64,000 bases of DNA, from NCBI GenBank assembly GCA_025980475.1, contig JAICXL010000005.1, positions 4,636 to 68,635 of the forward strand, read 5' to 3'. Origin of the DNA: Nocardioidaceae bacterium. Lineage in GTDB: Bacteria; Actinomycetota; Actinomycetes; Propionibacteriales; Nocardioidaceae. This document shows positions 18,208 through 27,228 of the stretch, one piece after another. Under the pieces are notes generated by a model, which saw only the letters and a program-made list of their open reading frames with translations, made no database searches and was not told the DNA's origin. How positions within the stretch are numbered: the stretch's first letter is position 1; every line of letters starts with the position of its first letter. Both the position numbers and the translations under genes were made by a program.

Positions 18208-18352
18208 CCCCGGCCGCCGCCGGTGCCGCCGCCGCGCCCACAACGGTTGCCAGCGGGGCCGGCGTTCCTTCGGCATCTCTCGCCGTCGATGGTGTGTGAT
18301 GGGCCTCACTACGTTGAGGCATCTCGGTCGCACTAGTGGCAGGAGGATCCAG

Positions 18353-19795
18353 ATGTCCATGTTCACCTGGCAAGAGGTGGACCCGGCGCCCGGGGAGGCC
18401 GTCGCCCCGGGGCAGCGGCTGAGCTGGGGTCGCACCGTCGGACTCGGTGCCCAGCACGTGGTCGCGATGTTCGGGGCCACGTTCGTCTTCCCGCTGGTGA
18501 TGGGGCTCGACCCCAACCTGGCGATCTTCTTCTCCGGCGTCTGCACGGTCCTCTTCCTGCTGGTCGTGGCCAACAGGGTGCCCAGCTACCTCGGCACCAG
18601 CGCCTCCTTCGTGGCCAGCGTCGCGGCGATCCGCGCTCAGGGCGGCAGCTCGGCAGACGTCACCGGCGCCATCCTCGTGGCCGGCGTCGCGCTGGCCCTG
18701 GTCGGCGTGGTGGTGCACTTCGCCGGCTCGGGCGTGATCCACAAGGTGCTGCCGCCGGCGGTCACCGGCGCCGTGGTCATGCTGATCGGCTTCAACCTGG
18801 CGCCGGTCGTCGCCGGCACATACTGGCCCCAGGACCAGTGGATCGCGCTGCTCACCGCCACCTTCATGGTCTGCGCGGCCATCCTGCTGCCCGGCTTCTG
18901 GGCCCGGATCGCCGTGTTCCTCGCGCTGATCTTCGGCTACCTCCTCTCGTTCCTCGCCGACACCCTCTTCGGCACGATCCACTCGATGCTGCCGGGCCAG
19001 AACCTGATGATGCCCGACATCGTCAACGGCAAGGCCACGATGGTGCCCTGCCCGAAGGAGGGCGGCATCAACTGCGTGGCGTCCGCCTTCGACCACGACC
19101 GGATCTGGGCCTGGTCGGGGGTCGGCAAGGCGGACTGGATCGGCTTCCCCCACGGCACCCTGGGCGACGGCGTCTCGGTCGTGCACGGCCCGAGCCTGTC
19201 GCTGACCTTCATCCTGCTGGTGCTGCCGGGCGTGATCGCCCTCATCGCCGAGAACACCGGCCACGTCAAGGCGGTTGCCGAGATGACCGGCGACAACCTC
19301 GACCCCTACATGGGTCGGGCGCTGGCCGCCGACGGCGTCGCCACCGCCCTGGCGAGCACCTTCGGCGGCTCACCGACCACGACCTACGCCGAGAACATCG
19401 GGGTGATGGCCTCGACCAAGGTCTACTCCACGGCCGCCTACTACGTCGCGGCGGCGGTCGCCATCCTGCTCGGGCTCTGTCCGAAGTTCGGGGCGATCGT
19501 CAACGCCACCCCTGGTGGGGTCCTCGGCGGCATCACCGTGGTGCTCTACGGCATGATCGGCCTGGTCGGCGCCAAGATCTGGGTCGAGAACGGGGTGGAC
19601 TTCGGCAACCCCGTCAACATGGTCGGCCTCGCCGCGGGCATCATCGCGGGCATCGGCGGGGTCACCATCACCTTCACCGACAACTTCTCCCTCGGCGGGA
19701 TCGCGCTCGGCACGATCCTGGTCATCGTCTACTTCCACCTGGTCAAGGGCAAGAAGGAAGAGCTGGGCGCGAAGGAAGTGACCGGAGCACTGTGA
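18353..19795 (+). CDS. NCS2 (uracil/xanthine-type) nucleobase:cation symporter
   Basis: LGAQHVVAMFGATFVFPL and later ENIGVM motifs, with multiple TM segments. ATG 18353 follows AGGAGG. Confidence 0.85.
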   Translation: MSMFTWQEVDPAPGEAVAPGQRLSWGRTVGLGAQHVVAMFGATFVFPLVMGLDPNLAIFFSGVCTVLFLLVVANRVPSYLGTSASFVASVAAIRAQGGSSADVTGAILVAGVALALVGVVVHFAGSGVIHKVLPPAVTGAVVMLIGFNLAPVVAGTYWPQDQWIALLTATFMVCAAILLPGFWARIAVFLALIFGYLLSFLADTLFGTIHSMLPGQNLMMPDIVNGKATMVPCPKEGGINCVASAFDHDRIWAWSGVGKADWIGFPHGTLGDGVSVVHGPSLSLTFILLVLPGVIALIAENTGHVKAVAEMTGDNLDPYMGRALAADGVATALASTFGGSPTTTYAENIGVMASTKVYSTAAYYVAAAVAILLGLCPKFGAIVNATPGGVLGGITVVLYGMIGLVGAKIWVENGVDFGNPVNMVGLAAGIIAGIGGVTITFTDNFSLGGIALGTILVIVYFHLVKGKKEELGAKEVTGAL

Positions 19796-20667
19796 AACCG
19801 GCTCCCTTCGCCTACCTGCGCCCGCGGACCCTCGAGGAGGCACTCGAGGCGCTGGCGGCCAATGAGGGAGCCAAGGTGCTCGCGGGCGGGCAGAGCCTGG
19901 TGCCGCTGCTGTCGATGCGGTTGGCGGCACCGGGCATGCTCGTCGACATCAACGCGCTGCCGGACCTGGGGGCGATCACCGTGGCGGACGACGGGGTCCG
20001 GGTCGGCGCCCTGGCCCGGCACGCGGCCGTCCTGGCCGACGAGGGCGCCCGCCGGGTGCAACCCCTCCTCGGCAAGGCGCTGCGCCACGTCGCGCACCCC
20101 ACCATCCGCAACAGGGGTACGACGGTCGGCTCGATCGTCCACGCCGACGGGGCCGCGGAGCTGCCCGCCGTGCTCCGCCTGCTCGACGGCTGGGTGGAGG
20201 TCGCCTCGGTCGCGGGCCGACGCACGATCCCCGCGGCGGAGCTCTTCGTGGGGCCGCTCGAGAGCTCACTGCGCCACGACGAGATCGCGGTGTCGGCCAC
20301 CTTCCCCGGTCTGCGGGCAGCCGAAGGCGTCGCCTTCGACGAGGTGGCGCGGCGCCACGGTGACTACGCGATGTGTGGCGTCGCCGCGCTGGTGCGGACG
20401 GAGGGGAAGCAGGTCGTGGCGGCGCGGGCGGCCTACCTCTCGGTCGAGGACGTCCCGACGGTCGTCGACCTGACGGCGGCGCTCGCCGACGGGGTGGATA
20501 CCGCGTCCCTGGCCGCAGCCGGCGAGCTCGCCCTGGCGCACCTCGAGCCGGTGGCCGACCTGCACGCCTCGGCCGCCTATCGTGCCCAGCTGGTGCGGGT
20601 GCTCACCCGCCGGGTGGTCGAGGCGGCGCATGCGGACGCGTTGACGAGGCAGGGGGTGGCGGCATGA
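19792..20667 (+). CDS. Mo-hydroxylase FAD-binding (medium, CoxM/CutM-like) subunit
   Basis: AGGQSLVPLLSMRL FAD motif. GTGA overlap with the permease stop. Confidence 0.85.
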   Translation: MKPAPFAYLRPRTLEEALEALAANEGAKVLAGGQSLVPLLSMRLAAPGMLVDINALPDLGAITVADDGVRVGALARHAAVLADEGARRVQPLLGKALRHVAHPTIRNRGTTVGSIVHADGAAELPAVLRLLDGWVEVASVAGRRTIPAAELFVGPLESSLRHDEIAVSATFPGLRAAEGVAFDEVARRHGDYAMCGVAALVRTEGKQVVAARAAYLSVEDVPTVVDLTAALADGVDTASLAAAGELALAHLEPVADLHASAAYRAQLVRVLTRRVVEAAHADALTRQGVAA

Positions 20668-21149
20668 CCGAGGAGCTGCACGAGATCCGGCTGCACGTCA
20701 ACGGGACGTCGTACGCCCTGACCGTTCCCGGCCGCCGGCTGCTCTCCGACGCGCTGCGCCACGACCTCGGGCTCACCGGCACCCACGTCGGCTGCGAGCA
20801 CGGCGTCTGTGGCGCCTGCACGATCCTCGTCGACGGTGCCCCGATGCGCTCGTGCCTGATGTTCGCGGTCTCGGCCGTCGACGCCGAGCTCACCACCGTC
20901 GAGGGGCTGGCTGACGCCGACGGCTCGCTCGGGCCGGTGCAGCAGGCGTTCCTCGAGTGCCACGGACTGCAGTGCGGCTTCTGCACGCCCGGCTTCCTGA
21001 CCACGATCACCGCCGGGCTGCGCGACAACCCCCGGCCCACGCACGCGGAGGCCCGCGAGATGGTCGCCGGCAACCTGTGCCGCTGCACTGGCTACCAGAA
21101 CATCGTCAAGGCTGTGGAGCGGGCCGCGGAGCTCGGGGCCGGCCGATGA
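20664..21149 (+). CDS. Mo-hydroxylase [2Fe-2S] small subunit
   Basis: GCEHGVCGACT, CGFCTPG and CRCTGY cysteine motifs. ATGA overlap upstream. Confidence 0.9.
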   Translation: MTEELHEIRLHVNGTSYALTVPGRRLLSDALRHDLGLTGTHVGCEHGVCGACTILVDGAPMRSCLMFAVSAVDAELTTVEGLADADGSLGPVQQAFLECHGLQCGFCTPGFLTTITAGLRDNPRPTHAEAREMVAGNLCRCTGYQNIVKAVERAAELGAGR

Positions 21150-23584
21150 CCACCAAGCTCGTCGGCGCCAAGGTGCAACGGGTCGAGGACCAGCGCTTCC
21201 TGCGCGGGCAGGGCAGGTACGTCGATGACATCGACGTCCACGCCGGCACCCCGACGCTGCACGCGGCGGTGCTGCGCTCGCCGCACGCGCACGCCCGGGT
21301 CCGGGACATCGACGTGGAGGCAGTGCTCGACGTCGAAGGCGTGCACGCGGTGTGGACCTACCAGGACCTGGCCGACCTGTCTGTGAACCTCGCCGACCCG
21401 CTGCCGCTGCTGATCCCGCATCCTGCGCTGACCCATGGGCGCACCCAGTACGCCCTGGCGAAGGACGAGGTCAACTACGTCGGGGAGGCGGTGGCGTTCG
21501 TGGTCGCCGACGACCGCTACCTCGCCGAGGACGCCGTCGACCGGATCCGGGTCGACTACGAGCCGCTGCCGCCGGTGGTCGGGATCGACGCTGCCCGCGC
21601 CGCCGAGCACCTCGTCCACGAGGACGTGCCGGGCAACGTCGGGGCGCGCCTGGAGCAGGAGGTCGGGGACGCGCGCGCGGCCATCGCCGACGCACCGCAC
21701 CGGCTGTCGCTCGACCTCACCGTCGAGCGCAGCGCCTCGACGCCGCTCGAGGGCCGCGGGGTGGTCGCCCGGTGGGACCCCGACATCGGCCGGCTGCAGG
21801 TCTGGACCTCGACCCAGACCTCCACCGGGGTCCGGGCGGCGGTCGCGGTCAAGCTCGGCCTCGACCTGGGCCAGGTCGACGTGATCACCCCCGACGTCGG
21901 TGGTGGCTTCGGCGTGAAGATCAACCACCCGTGGCCCGAGGAGCTGCTGGTGCCCGCGGCGGCCCGCGCGCTCGGCCGGACGGTGAAGTTCACCGAGGAC
22001 CGCCGCGAGCACTTCATCTCCGCCGCCCACGAGCGCGGCCAGGTCCACCACGTCGAGGTCGGCTTCGACGACGACGGGAGGCTGCTCGGCCTCGACGTCA
22101 CCTTCTGGCACGACCACGGTGCGTACACGCCGTACGGCCTGATCGTCCCGATCATCACCTCCACCCAGCTGCTCGGGCCCTACAAGCCACAGAGCTACCG
22201 GGTGGTCTTCGAGAGCCTCTACACGAACACGGTGATGGTCACCCCCTACCGCGGTGCCGGCCGGCCGCAGGGCTGCTTCGTGATGGAGCGGACCATGGAC
22301 GCGATCGCGGCCCACCTGCACAAGGACCGCACCGAGGTGCGCGCGACCAACTTCATCCAGCCCGACGAATTCCCCTACGACCAGGGGCTGGTCTTCCAGG
22401 ACGGCCGGGAGCTGGAGTACGACTCCGGTGACTACCCGAGGTCGCTGGAGATGATCAAGAGGCTGGTCGGCTGGGACGAGTTCGAGGCCTTCCGCGCCGA
22501 GATGGCCGCCGAGGGCCGGCGGGTCGGCATCGGCCTGGCCTGCTACGTCGAGGGCACCGGCGTCGGCCCCTACGAGGGGGCGCACGTGCACATCGAGACG
22601 ACCGGCAAGGTCAAGGTCGCCACCGGGCTGACCACGCAGGGGCAGGGGCACGCGACGGTCTTCGCACAGCTCGTGGCCGACGAGCTCGGGGTGCCGATGA
22701 CCGACGTCGAGGTGGTCACCGGCGACACGCGTCGGATGCCCTACGCGGTGGGGACGTTCGCCTCCCGGTCGGCGGTGATGAGTGGGTCCGCCGTACACCT
22801 GGCAGCGAAGCGGGCGAAGGAGAAGGTGCTCAGGATCGCCTCCGACGCGCTGGAGGCCGACGTCGACGACCTCGAGATCGTCGAGGGAGTGGTCAGCGTC
22901 AAGGGCTCGCCCGGGGCGTCCATCGACCTCGGCACGGTCGCGGTGCTGTCGAACCCGCTGCGCTACGCCTTCGACGAGAAGTCGCGCGCCGCGACGCAGT
23001 TCACCGTCGGTGACCCCGGCAAGCCGCCGGTGGCCGAGGACGACGAGCCAGGGCTCGAGGGCAAGGACTTCTACTCCCCGGAGCGGTCCACCTTCGCCTC
23101 CGGCATGCACGCCGTCATCGTCGAGACCGACCCGGACACCGCCGAGGTGAGGATCCTGAAGTACGCCGTGGTCCACGACTGCGGCAACCTGATCAACCCG
23201 ATGATCGTCGAGGGACAGATCCACGGCGGCATCGCCCAGGGCGTCGGGGGTGCGCTCTACGAACGGATGGCGTACGACGAGCACGGCCAGCTGCTCAATG
23301 CCTCGTTCATGGACTTCCTGATGCCCTACGTCACCGAGGTCCCCGACACGATCGAGATCGACCACCTCGAGACGCCCTCGCCGTTGAACCCGATCGGCGT
23401 CAAAGGGGCGGGGGAGGCCGGGGTGATCCCGTCCGCGGCGGTGTTCGCCGCGGCGATCGAGGACGCCGAGGCGCACGACCACCCGGGCCTGGCGATCACG
23501 GGCATGCCGATCTCGCCGTCGGAGCTGTTCGCCCTTCGACAGGCTCAGGAACCGCTGCTGAAGCAGCACGAGGAGGACGCATGA
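21146..23584 (+). CDS. Mo-hydroxylase molybdopterin-binding large subunit, form-II CoxL-like
   Basis: 812 aa with GGGFGVK Moco motif. The active-site loop reads PYRGAGRP (22247-22264), i.e. the AYRGAGR form-II signature rather than the AYxCSFR of true CO dehydrogenases. ATGA overlap upstream. Confidence 0.85.
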   Translation: MTTKLVGAKVQRVEDQRFLRGQGRYVDDIDVHAGTPTLHAAVLRSPHAHARVRDIDVEAVLDVEGVHAVWTYQDLADLSVNLADPLPLLIPHPALTHGRTQYALAKDEVNYVGEAVAFVVADDRYLAEDAVDRIRVDYEPLPPVVGIDAARAAEHLVHEDVPGNVGARLEQEVGDARAAIADAPHRLSLDLTVERSASTPLEGRGVVARWDPDIGRLQVWTSTQTSTGVRAAVAVKLGLDLGQVDVITPDVGGGFGVKINHPWPEELLVPAAARALGRTVKFTEDRREHFISAAHERGQVHHVEVGFDDDGRLLGLDVTFWHDHGAYTPYGLIVPIITSTQLLGPYKPQSYRVVFESLYTNTVMVTPYRGAGRPQGCFVMERTMDAIAAHLHKDRTEVRATNFIQPDEFPYDQGLVFQDGRELEYDSGDYPRSLEMIKRLVGWDEFEAFRAEMAAEGRRVGIGLACYVEGTGVGPYEGAHVHIETTGKVKVATGLTTQGQGHATVFAQLVADELGVPMTDVEVVTGDTRRMPYAVGTFASRSAVMSGSAVHLAAKRAKEKVLRIASDALEADVDDLEIVEGVVSVKGSPGASIDLGTVAVLSNPLRYAFDEKSRAATQFTVGDPGKPPVAEDDEPGLEGKDFYSPERSTFASGMHAVIVETDPDTAEVRILKYAVVHDCGNLINPMIVEGQIHGGIAQGVGGALYERMAYDEHGQLLNASFMDFLMPYVTEVPDTIEIDHLETPSPLNPIGVKGAGEAGVIPSAAVFAAAIEDAEAHDHPGLAITGMPISPSELFALRQAQEPLLKQHEEDA

Positions 23585-24228
23585 AGATCGCCGGTGAGGC
23601 GACCCTGGTCGCGCCCGTCGCCCAGGTCTGGGAGGCGCTGCTGGACCCCCGGGTCCTGGTGGCCACGATCCCCGGCTGCGAGCGGCTCGTCGCGACCGGC
23701 GAGAACGCCTACGACATGACCGTGACCGCCGGCGTCGCGGCGATCCGTGGGACCTACGCCGGCACCTGCGAGCTCAGCGACCTGAAGGAGCACGAGTCGC
23801 TGGTGCTGCGCGCGAGGGGCGCCGGTGCGCCGGGGACGATCGACGCCACGGTCCAGGTGCGCTTCGACGCCAACGAGGACGGCACCACCACGCTGTTCTA
23901 CGACGCGGACGCCATCGTCGGCGGGATGGTCGGCGGCGTGGGCCAGCGGATGCTCACGTCGGTGAGCAGGCGGATGGCGACGGAGTTCTTCAGCAACGTC
24001 GAGCGGGCGATCAGCGGGGTGGCGGCCCACGAGGAACCGGTTGCGCCGTCGACCGCTGCCGCCCCGACCGCGCCGGGTGTCTACACCGCGCCCCCACGGC
24101 CCGCTGGTGGGCTCGACCAGGACAGCTTCCTGAAGGGGGTGGCCCTGGGTGCCGGCCTGGTCCTGGCCGGGGCGGTCGTGGGCGGCGTCTTCGGGCGGAG
24201 GGCGCTGACGTGTCCGACCTCTCGGTGA
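23581..24228 (+). CDS. CoxG/SRPBCC-family protein with C-terminal TM anchor
   Basis: MKIAGEATLVAPVAQVWEALLDPRVL.. is a CoxG-like start. ATGA overlap with the large subunit. Confidence 0.75.
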   Translation: MKIAGEATLVAPVAQVWEALLDPRVLVATIPGCERLVATGENAYDMTVTAGVAAIRGTYAGTCELSDLKEHESLVLRARGAGAPGTIDATVQVRFDANEDGTTTLFYDADAIVGGMVGGVGQRMLTSVSRRMATEFFSNVERAISGVAAHEEPVAPSTAAAPTAPGVYTAPPRPAGGLDQDSFLKGVALGAGLVLAGAVVGGVFGRRALTCPTSR

Positions 24229-25601
24229 TCTCCACGGCCCGGGAGATGGCTGCGGCGGTCCGCGCCCGGGAGATCTCCGCCCGGGAGCTGCTCGACCTGC
24301 ACCTGGCCCGGATCGCGGAACGCAACCCGGAGCTCAACGCGATCGTCTCGATCGACGAGGAGAGGGCCCGGGCCGCCGCGGCGCGGGCCGACGAGCGCAC
24401 CGCGCTCGGCCTCGAGACCGGCCCGTTGCACGGCCTGCCCTTCGCCTTCAAGGACACCCACGACGTCGCCGGTTGGCGAACGACCTACGGCTCGCCCCTC
24501 TTCGCCGAGCACGTGCCCGACGCCGACGACCTCGTCGTGGAGCGCGTCCGCGGGGCGGGCGTGGTCATCCTCGGCCGGACCAACGTCCCCGAGTTCGCGG
24601 CGGGGTCGCACACCTTCAACCGGGTCTTCGGCACCACGCTCAACCCGGTCGACCCCAGCCGGTCGGCCGGCGGCTCGAGTGGCGGGGCGGCGTGTGCCCT
24701 GGCGTCGGGGATGCTGCCCCTGGCGGACGGCTCCGACATGGGCGGCTCGCTGCGCAACCCGGCGTCTTTCTGCGGCGTGGTCGGGATGCGGCCGTCGCTG
24801 GGCCGGGTGCCGGGCTGGCCGACGAGCAACCTCTGGGAGGCGACCGCCACCGCAGGGCCGATGGCGCGCAACGTCGCCGACCTGGCGCTGCTGCTCTCGG
24901 TGATGGCCGGACCGGACCCGCGGGTGCCGACCGCCCTCGCAGCGCCCGGCAGCGACTTCGCCCCGCCGGTCGCCGGGTCGCTGGGCGGACTCCGGGTCGC
25001 CCACTCGATCGACCTCGGCGGTGCCTTCGAGGTCGACGGCGCCGTGGCCGCCGTCGTCGAGGCGTCGGCCTCGGTCTTCGCGGCGGCGGGGGCCGACGTA
25101 CGTCCCGACCGTCCCGACCTCGCCGAGGCCGAGGACTGCTTCCGGACCCTGCGCGCCTGGCTGTTCCAGGCCTCCTTCGGCGATCTGCTGCGGGAGCATC
25201 CCGACGGCTTCAAGGAGTCGCTGGCCGACAACATCCGGGCCGGCGCGGCGCTCACCGGTGCCGATGTGGCGCGCGCCTACGCACAGCGGACCGCCCTGGC
25301 CGAGCGGATGCGGGCGTTCTTCACGAGCTACGACGTCCTGGTGCTGCCGGTCTCGCAGGTGCCGCCGTTCCCGGCCGACCAGGAGTTCCCCCGGTCGATC
25401 AACGGAAAGCCGATGAGCACCTACCTGGACTGGATGCGGTCCGCCTACTTCATCACCGTCACCGGGTGCCCGGCGATCTCCGTGCCGGGCCGCACCACTC
25501 CCGACGGCCTCCCGGTGGGCATCCAGGTCGTCGCGCCGCACGGCGCCGAGCGACGGCTGCTGGAGGTCGCCGCCGCGTTCGAGGAGGCGACCGCGGGCTG
25601 A
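24210..25601 (+). CDS. amidase-signature (AS) family amidase
   Basis: FAFKD (Lys), GGSSGGAA and GSDMGGSLR motifs of the Ser-cisSer-Lys triad. 19-nt overlap with the CoxG-like gene. Confidence 0.9.
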   Translation: MSDLSVISTAREMAAAVRAREISARELLDLHLARIAERNPELNAIVSIDEERARAAAARADERTALGLETGPLHGLPFAFKDTHDVAGWRTTYGSPLFAEHVPDADDLVVERVRGAGVVILGRTNVPEFAAGSHTFNRVFGTTLNPVDPSRSAGGSSGGAACALASGMLPLADGSDMGGSLRNPASFCGVVGMRPSLGRVPGWPTSNLWEATATAGPMARNVADLALLLSVMAGPDPRVPTALAAPGSDFAPPVAGSLGGLRVAHSIDLGGAFEVDGAVAAVVEASASVFAAAGADVRPDRPDLAEAEDCFRTLRAWLFQASFGDLLREHPDGFKESLADNIRAGAALTGADVARAYAQRTALAERMRAFFTSYDVLVLPVSQVPPFPADQEFPRSINGKPMSTYLDWMRSAYFITVTGCPAISVPGRTTPDGLPVGIQVVAPHGAERRLLEVAAAFEEATAG

Positions 25602-25616
25602 GGCTGCTGCGCCCCG

Positions 25617-25700
25617 TTGTCCACAGCCCAGCCCGCTTCCTGTGACTTCTCGGCCCCTTCCTGTGGAGGACCGGGCAGCAGCTGTGGACGCGCCTGTGCA
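25617..25700 (+). promoter_or_regulatory. DnaA-box-like / TGTGGA motif array (locus 1)
   Basis: Perfect TTGTCCACA at 25617-25625. CTTCCTGTGAC at 25636-25646, CTTCCTGTGGAG at 25657-25668, CTGTGGAC at 25682-25689 and TGTGCA at 25695-25700. Core spacing is 21, 21 and 12 nt. Confidence 0.5.
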
Positions 25701-25731
25701 TTGCGAGAATTCGTCGAAATAGTTGGCGAAA

Positions 25732-25960
25732 CCCCTTGCGCGGCCATCCCCGCGGGGCATAGAAATCTCTCACGCGGTCCCTCCGGGGATCAGCGGGACC
25801 GGCAGGAAGCGGTCGATCCAGACGCCGAGGAAACTCGTCGCAGTGGCAGGTGGCAGCGCCGCTGGGATCGATGGCGGAGAGTCAGTCGATCGGAGTGTCA
25901 CCGCCGATCATCAGAAGGGCCCGTGCAACTCATACTTGCGCGGGCCCTTCGTCTTTCTCC
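25732..25960 (+). ncRNA. candidate small RNA (predicted only from promoter-like and terminator elements)
   Basis: TAGTTG -10-like hexamer (25720-25725) lies 31 nt after the last TGTGGA core. A strong terminator ends the unit at about 25960. No convincing ORF; internal hairpins (CCCCGCGGGG; CGGTCCC..GGGACCG). Confidence 0.25.
25914..25960 (+). terminator. intrinsic terminator-like hairpin
   Basis: GAAGGGCCCG (25914-25923) pairs perfectly with CGGGCCCTTC (25941-25950). 17-nt loop, then the T-rich tail GTCTTTCTCC. Confidence 0.6.
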
Positions 25961-25991
25961 GATCGCCCTCACCGACGTGGCCGCCAGCGAT

Positions 25992-26026
25992 GCTATACAC
26001 GCTGTGATTGCTATACGCGCTATACT
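25992..26026 (+). repeat. three direct GCTATAC repeats; the last forms a TATACT -10
   Basis: GCTATAC at 25992, 26010 and 26019. TATACT (26021-26026) lies 6 nt before GTG 26033. Confidence 0.6.
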
Positions 26027-26032
26027 TCGCTG

Positions 26033-27181
26033 GTGCCTCGGATCGCCAATCCCTACCGGCCCGGGTTCAACCAGGCGCCGGCCTCCCTCGCCGGTCGCGA
26101 CGCCGTCCTTGCGGCGGTCCGGGAGGCGCTCGACGTCGCGGCGCTCGACGCACGCACACCGAGGCCGCTGGTGCTGGCCGGCGGCCGCGGCGTCGGCAAG
26201 ACGGTGCTCCTCGGCGAGACGGCCGCGATCGCCGCGGACACGTTGAGCTGGCTGACCGTTCCGGTCGAGGTGCGCCCCGGCCGGCCCTTCACCCCCCAGC
26301 TGGTCGAGCGCCTGCACACGGCCCGCCACCTCTACGACCAGGCGCCGGCCGGCGGCAAGCTGATGGTCAGCGGGGCGAAGGTGCGGGCGACCGTGCTGGG
26401 CGTGGGCGGCGAGCTCGACATCGTCCGTCGGGAGCCCGGTCCGGGACCCGCCGTTCCCCTGGAGGCGGCCCTGGCCGAGGCCTGCGAGGCGGCGCAGCGG
26501 CGTGGCGCGGGGCTGGTGGTGACGCTCGACGAGCTCCAGCTGGCCGGCCGCCACGAGCTGGCCGACTTCGCCGCCACCCTGCAGCAGCACGTCGGTGACG
26601 ACTGGCCGCTGGTGGTGGTGCTCGCCGGGCTGCCGAACATCCGCGACTCGCACCGGGGAGTGACCTACCTCGAGCGATCGGAGTGGCATGTCCTGGGACT
26701 GCTGGACCGGGCGGCCAGCGTCGAGGCCCTGACCGTCCCCGCTGCGGCCGCGGGCCGCCCGATGAGCGCCCCCGCAGCGGCAGCGCTCGCCGAGGCCTCG
26801 GGCGGCTACCCCGACGCGATCCAGGTGATGGGCCATCACGCCTGGCGCGCGTCGCACGGCGCGGCCCGGATCGACGTCTCGCACGTGCCGGGCGCGATCG
26901 AAGCCGCCGAGCAGGACCTCGCCGCCGGCCTCTACGCGTCCCGCTGGGAGGACGCGTCGCCCCGCGAGCGGGAGTACCTCGCGGCGCTGGCGTGGCTGCT
27001 CGCCGACGAGGAGGTCGTGGGCGGCGGCGCGGTCGCCCGTCGGCTGGGCAAGGACACCCGGAAGGTGTCCTACCTGCGCGACCGGCTGCTGCGCAAGGGC
27101 ACCGTCTTCGCCCAGGGCGGCGGCCTGCGCTTCGCCGTTCCGGGGATGGCCGGCTGGATCCGGTCACACGTCGGGCGTTGA
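26033..27181 (+). CDS. AAA+ ATPase with C-terminal winged-helix domain (Orc1/Cdc6-like 'ATP-binding protein')
   Basis: N-terminal NPYRPGF, Walker A GGRGVGKT, Walker B VVTLDELQ, and a C-terminal wHTH-like segment (REREYLAAL..ARRLGKDTRKVSYLRDRLLRKG). GTG 26033 chosen; the track start at 25850 runs through a terminator hairpin. Confidence 0.7.
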   Translation: MPRIANPYRPGFNQAPASLAGRDAVLAAVREALDVAALDARTPRPLVLAGGRGVGKTVLLGETAAIAADTLSWLTVPVEVRPGRPFTPQLVERLHTARHLYDQAPAGGKLMVSGAKVRATVLGVGGELDIVRREPGPGPAVPLEAALAEACEAAQRRGAGLVVTLDELQLAGRHELADFAATLQQHVGDDWPLVVVLAGLPNIRDSHRGVTYLERSEWHVLGLLDRAASVEALTVPAAAAGRPMSAPAAAALAEASGGYPDAIQVMGHHAWRASHGAARIDVSHVPGAIEAAEQDLAAGLYASRWEDASPREREYLAALAWLLADEEVVGGGAVARRLGKDTRKVSYLRDRLLRKGTVFAQGGGLRFAVPGMAGWIRSHVGR

Positions 27182-27228
27182 GGCGGACCCGCGGCGGCGG
27201 CGCGCCGGTCGTCACCCACAATGGGGCG

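Noticed and set aside
25850-26032. Upstream 61-codon extension of the AAA+ ATPase ORF, and other ORFs in 25617-26246.
   Set aside because: These frames run through a perfect 10-bp terminator hairpin and the low-GC repeat region, and they lack coding-type GC3 bias.
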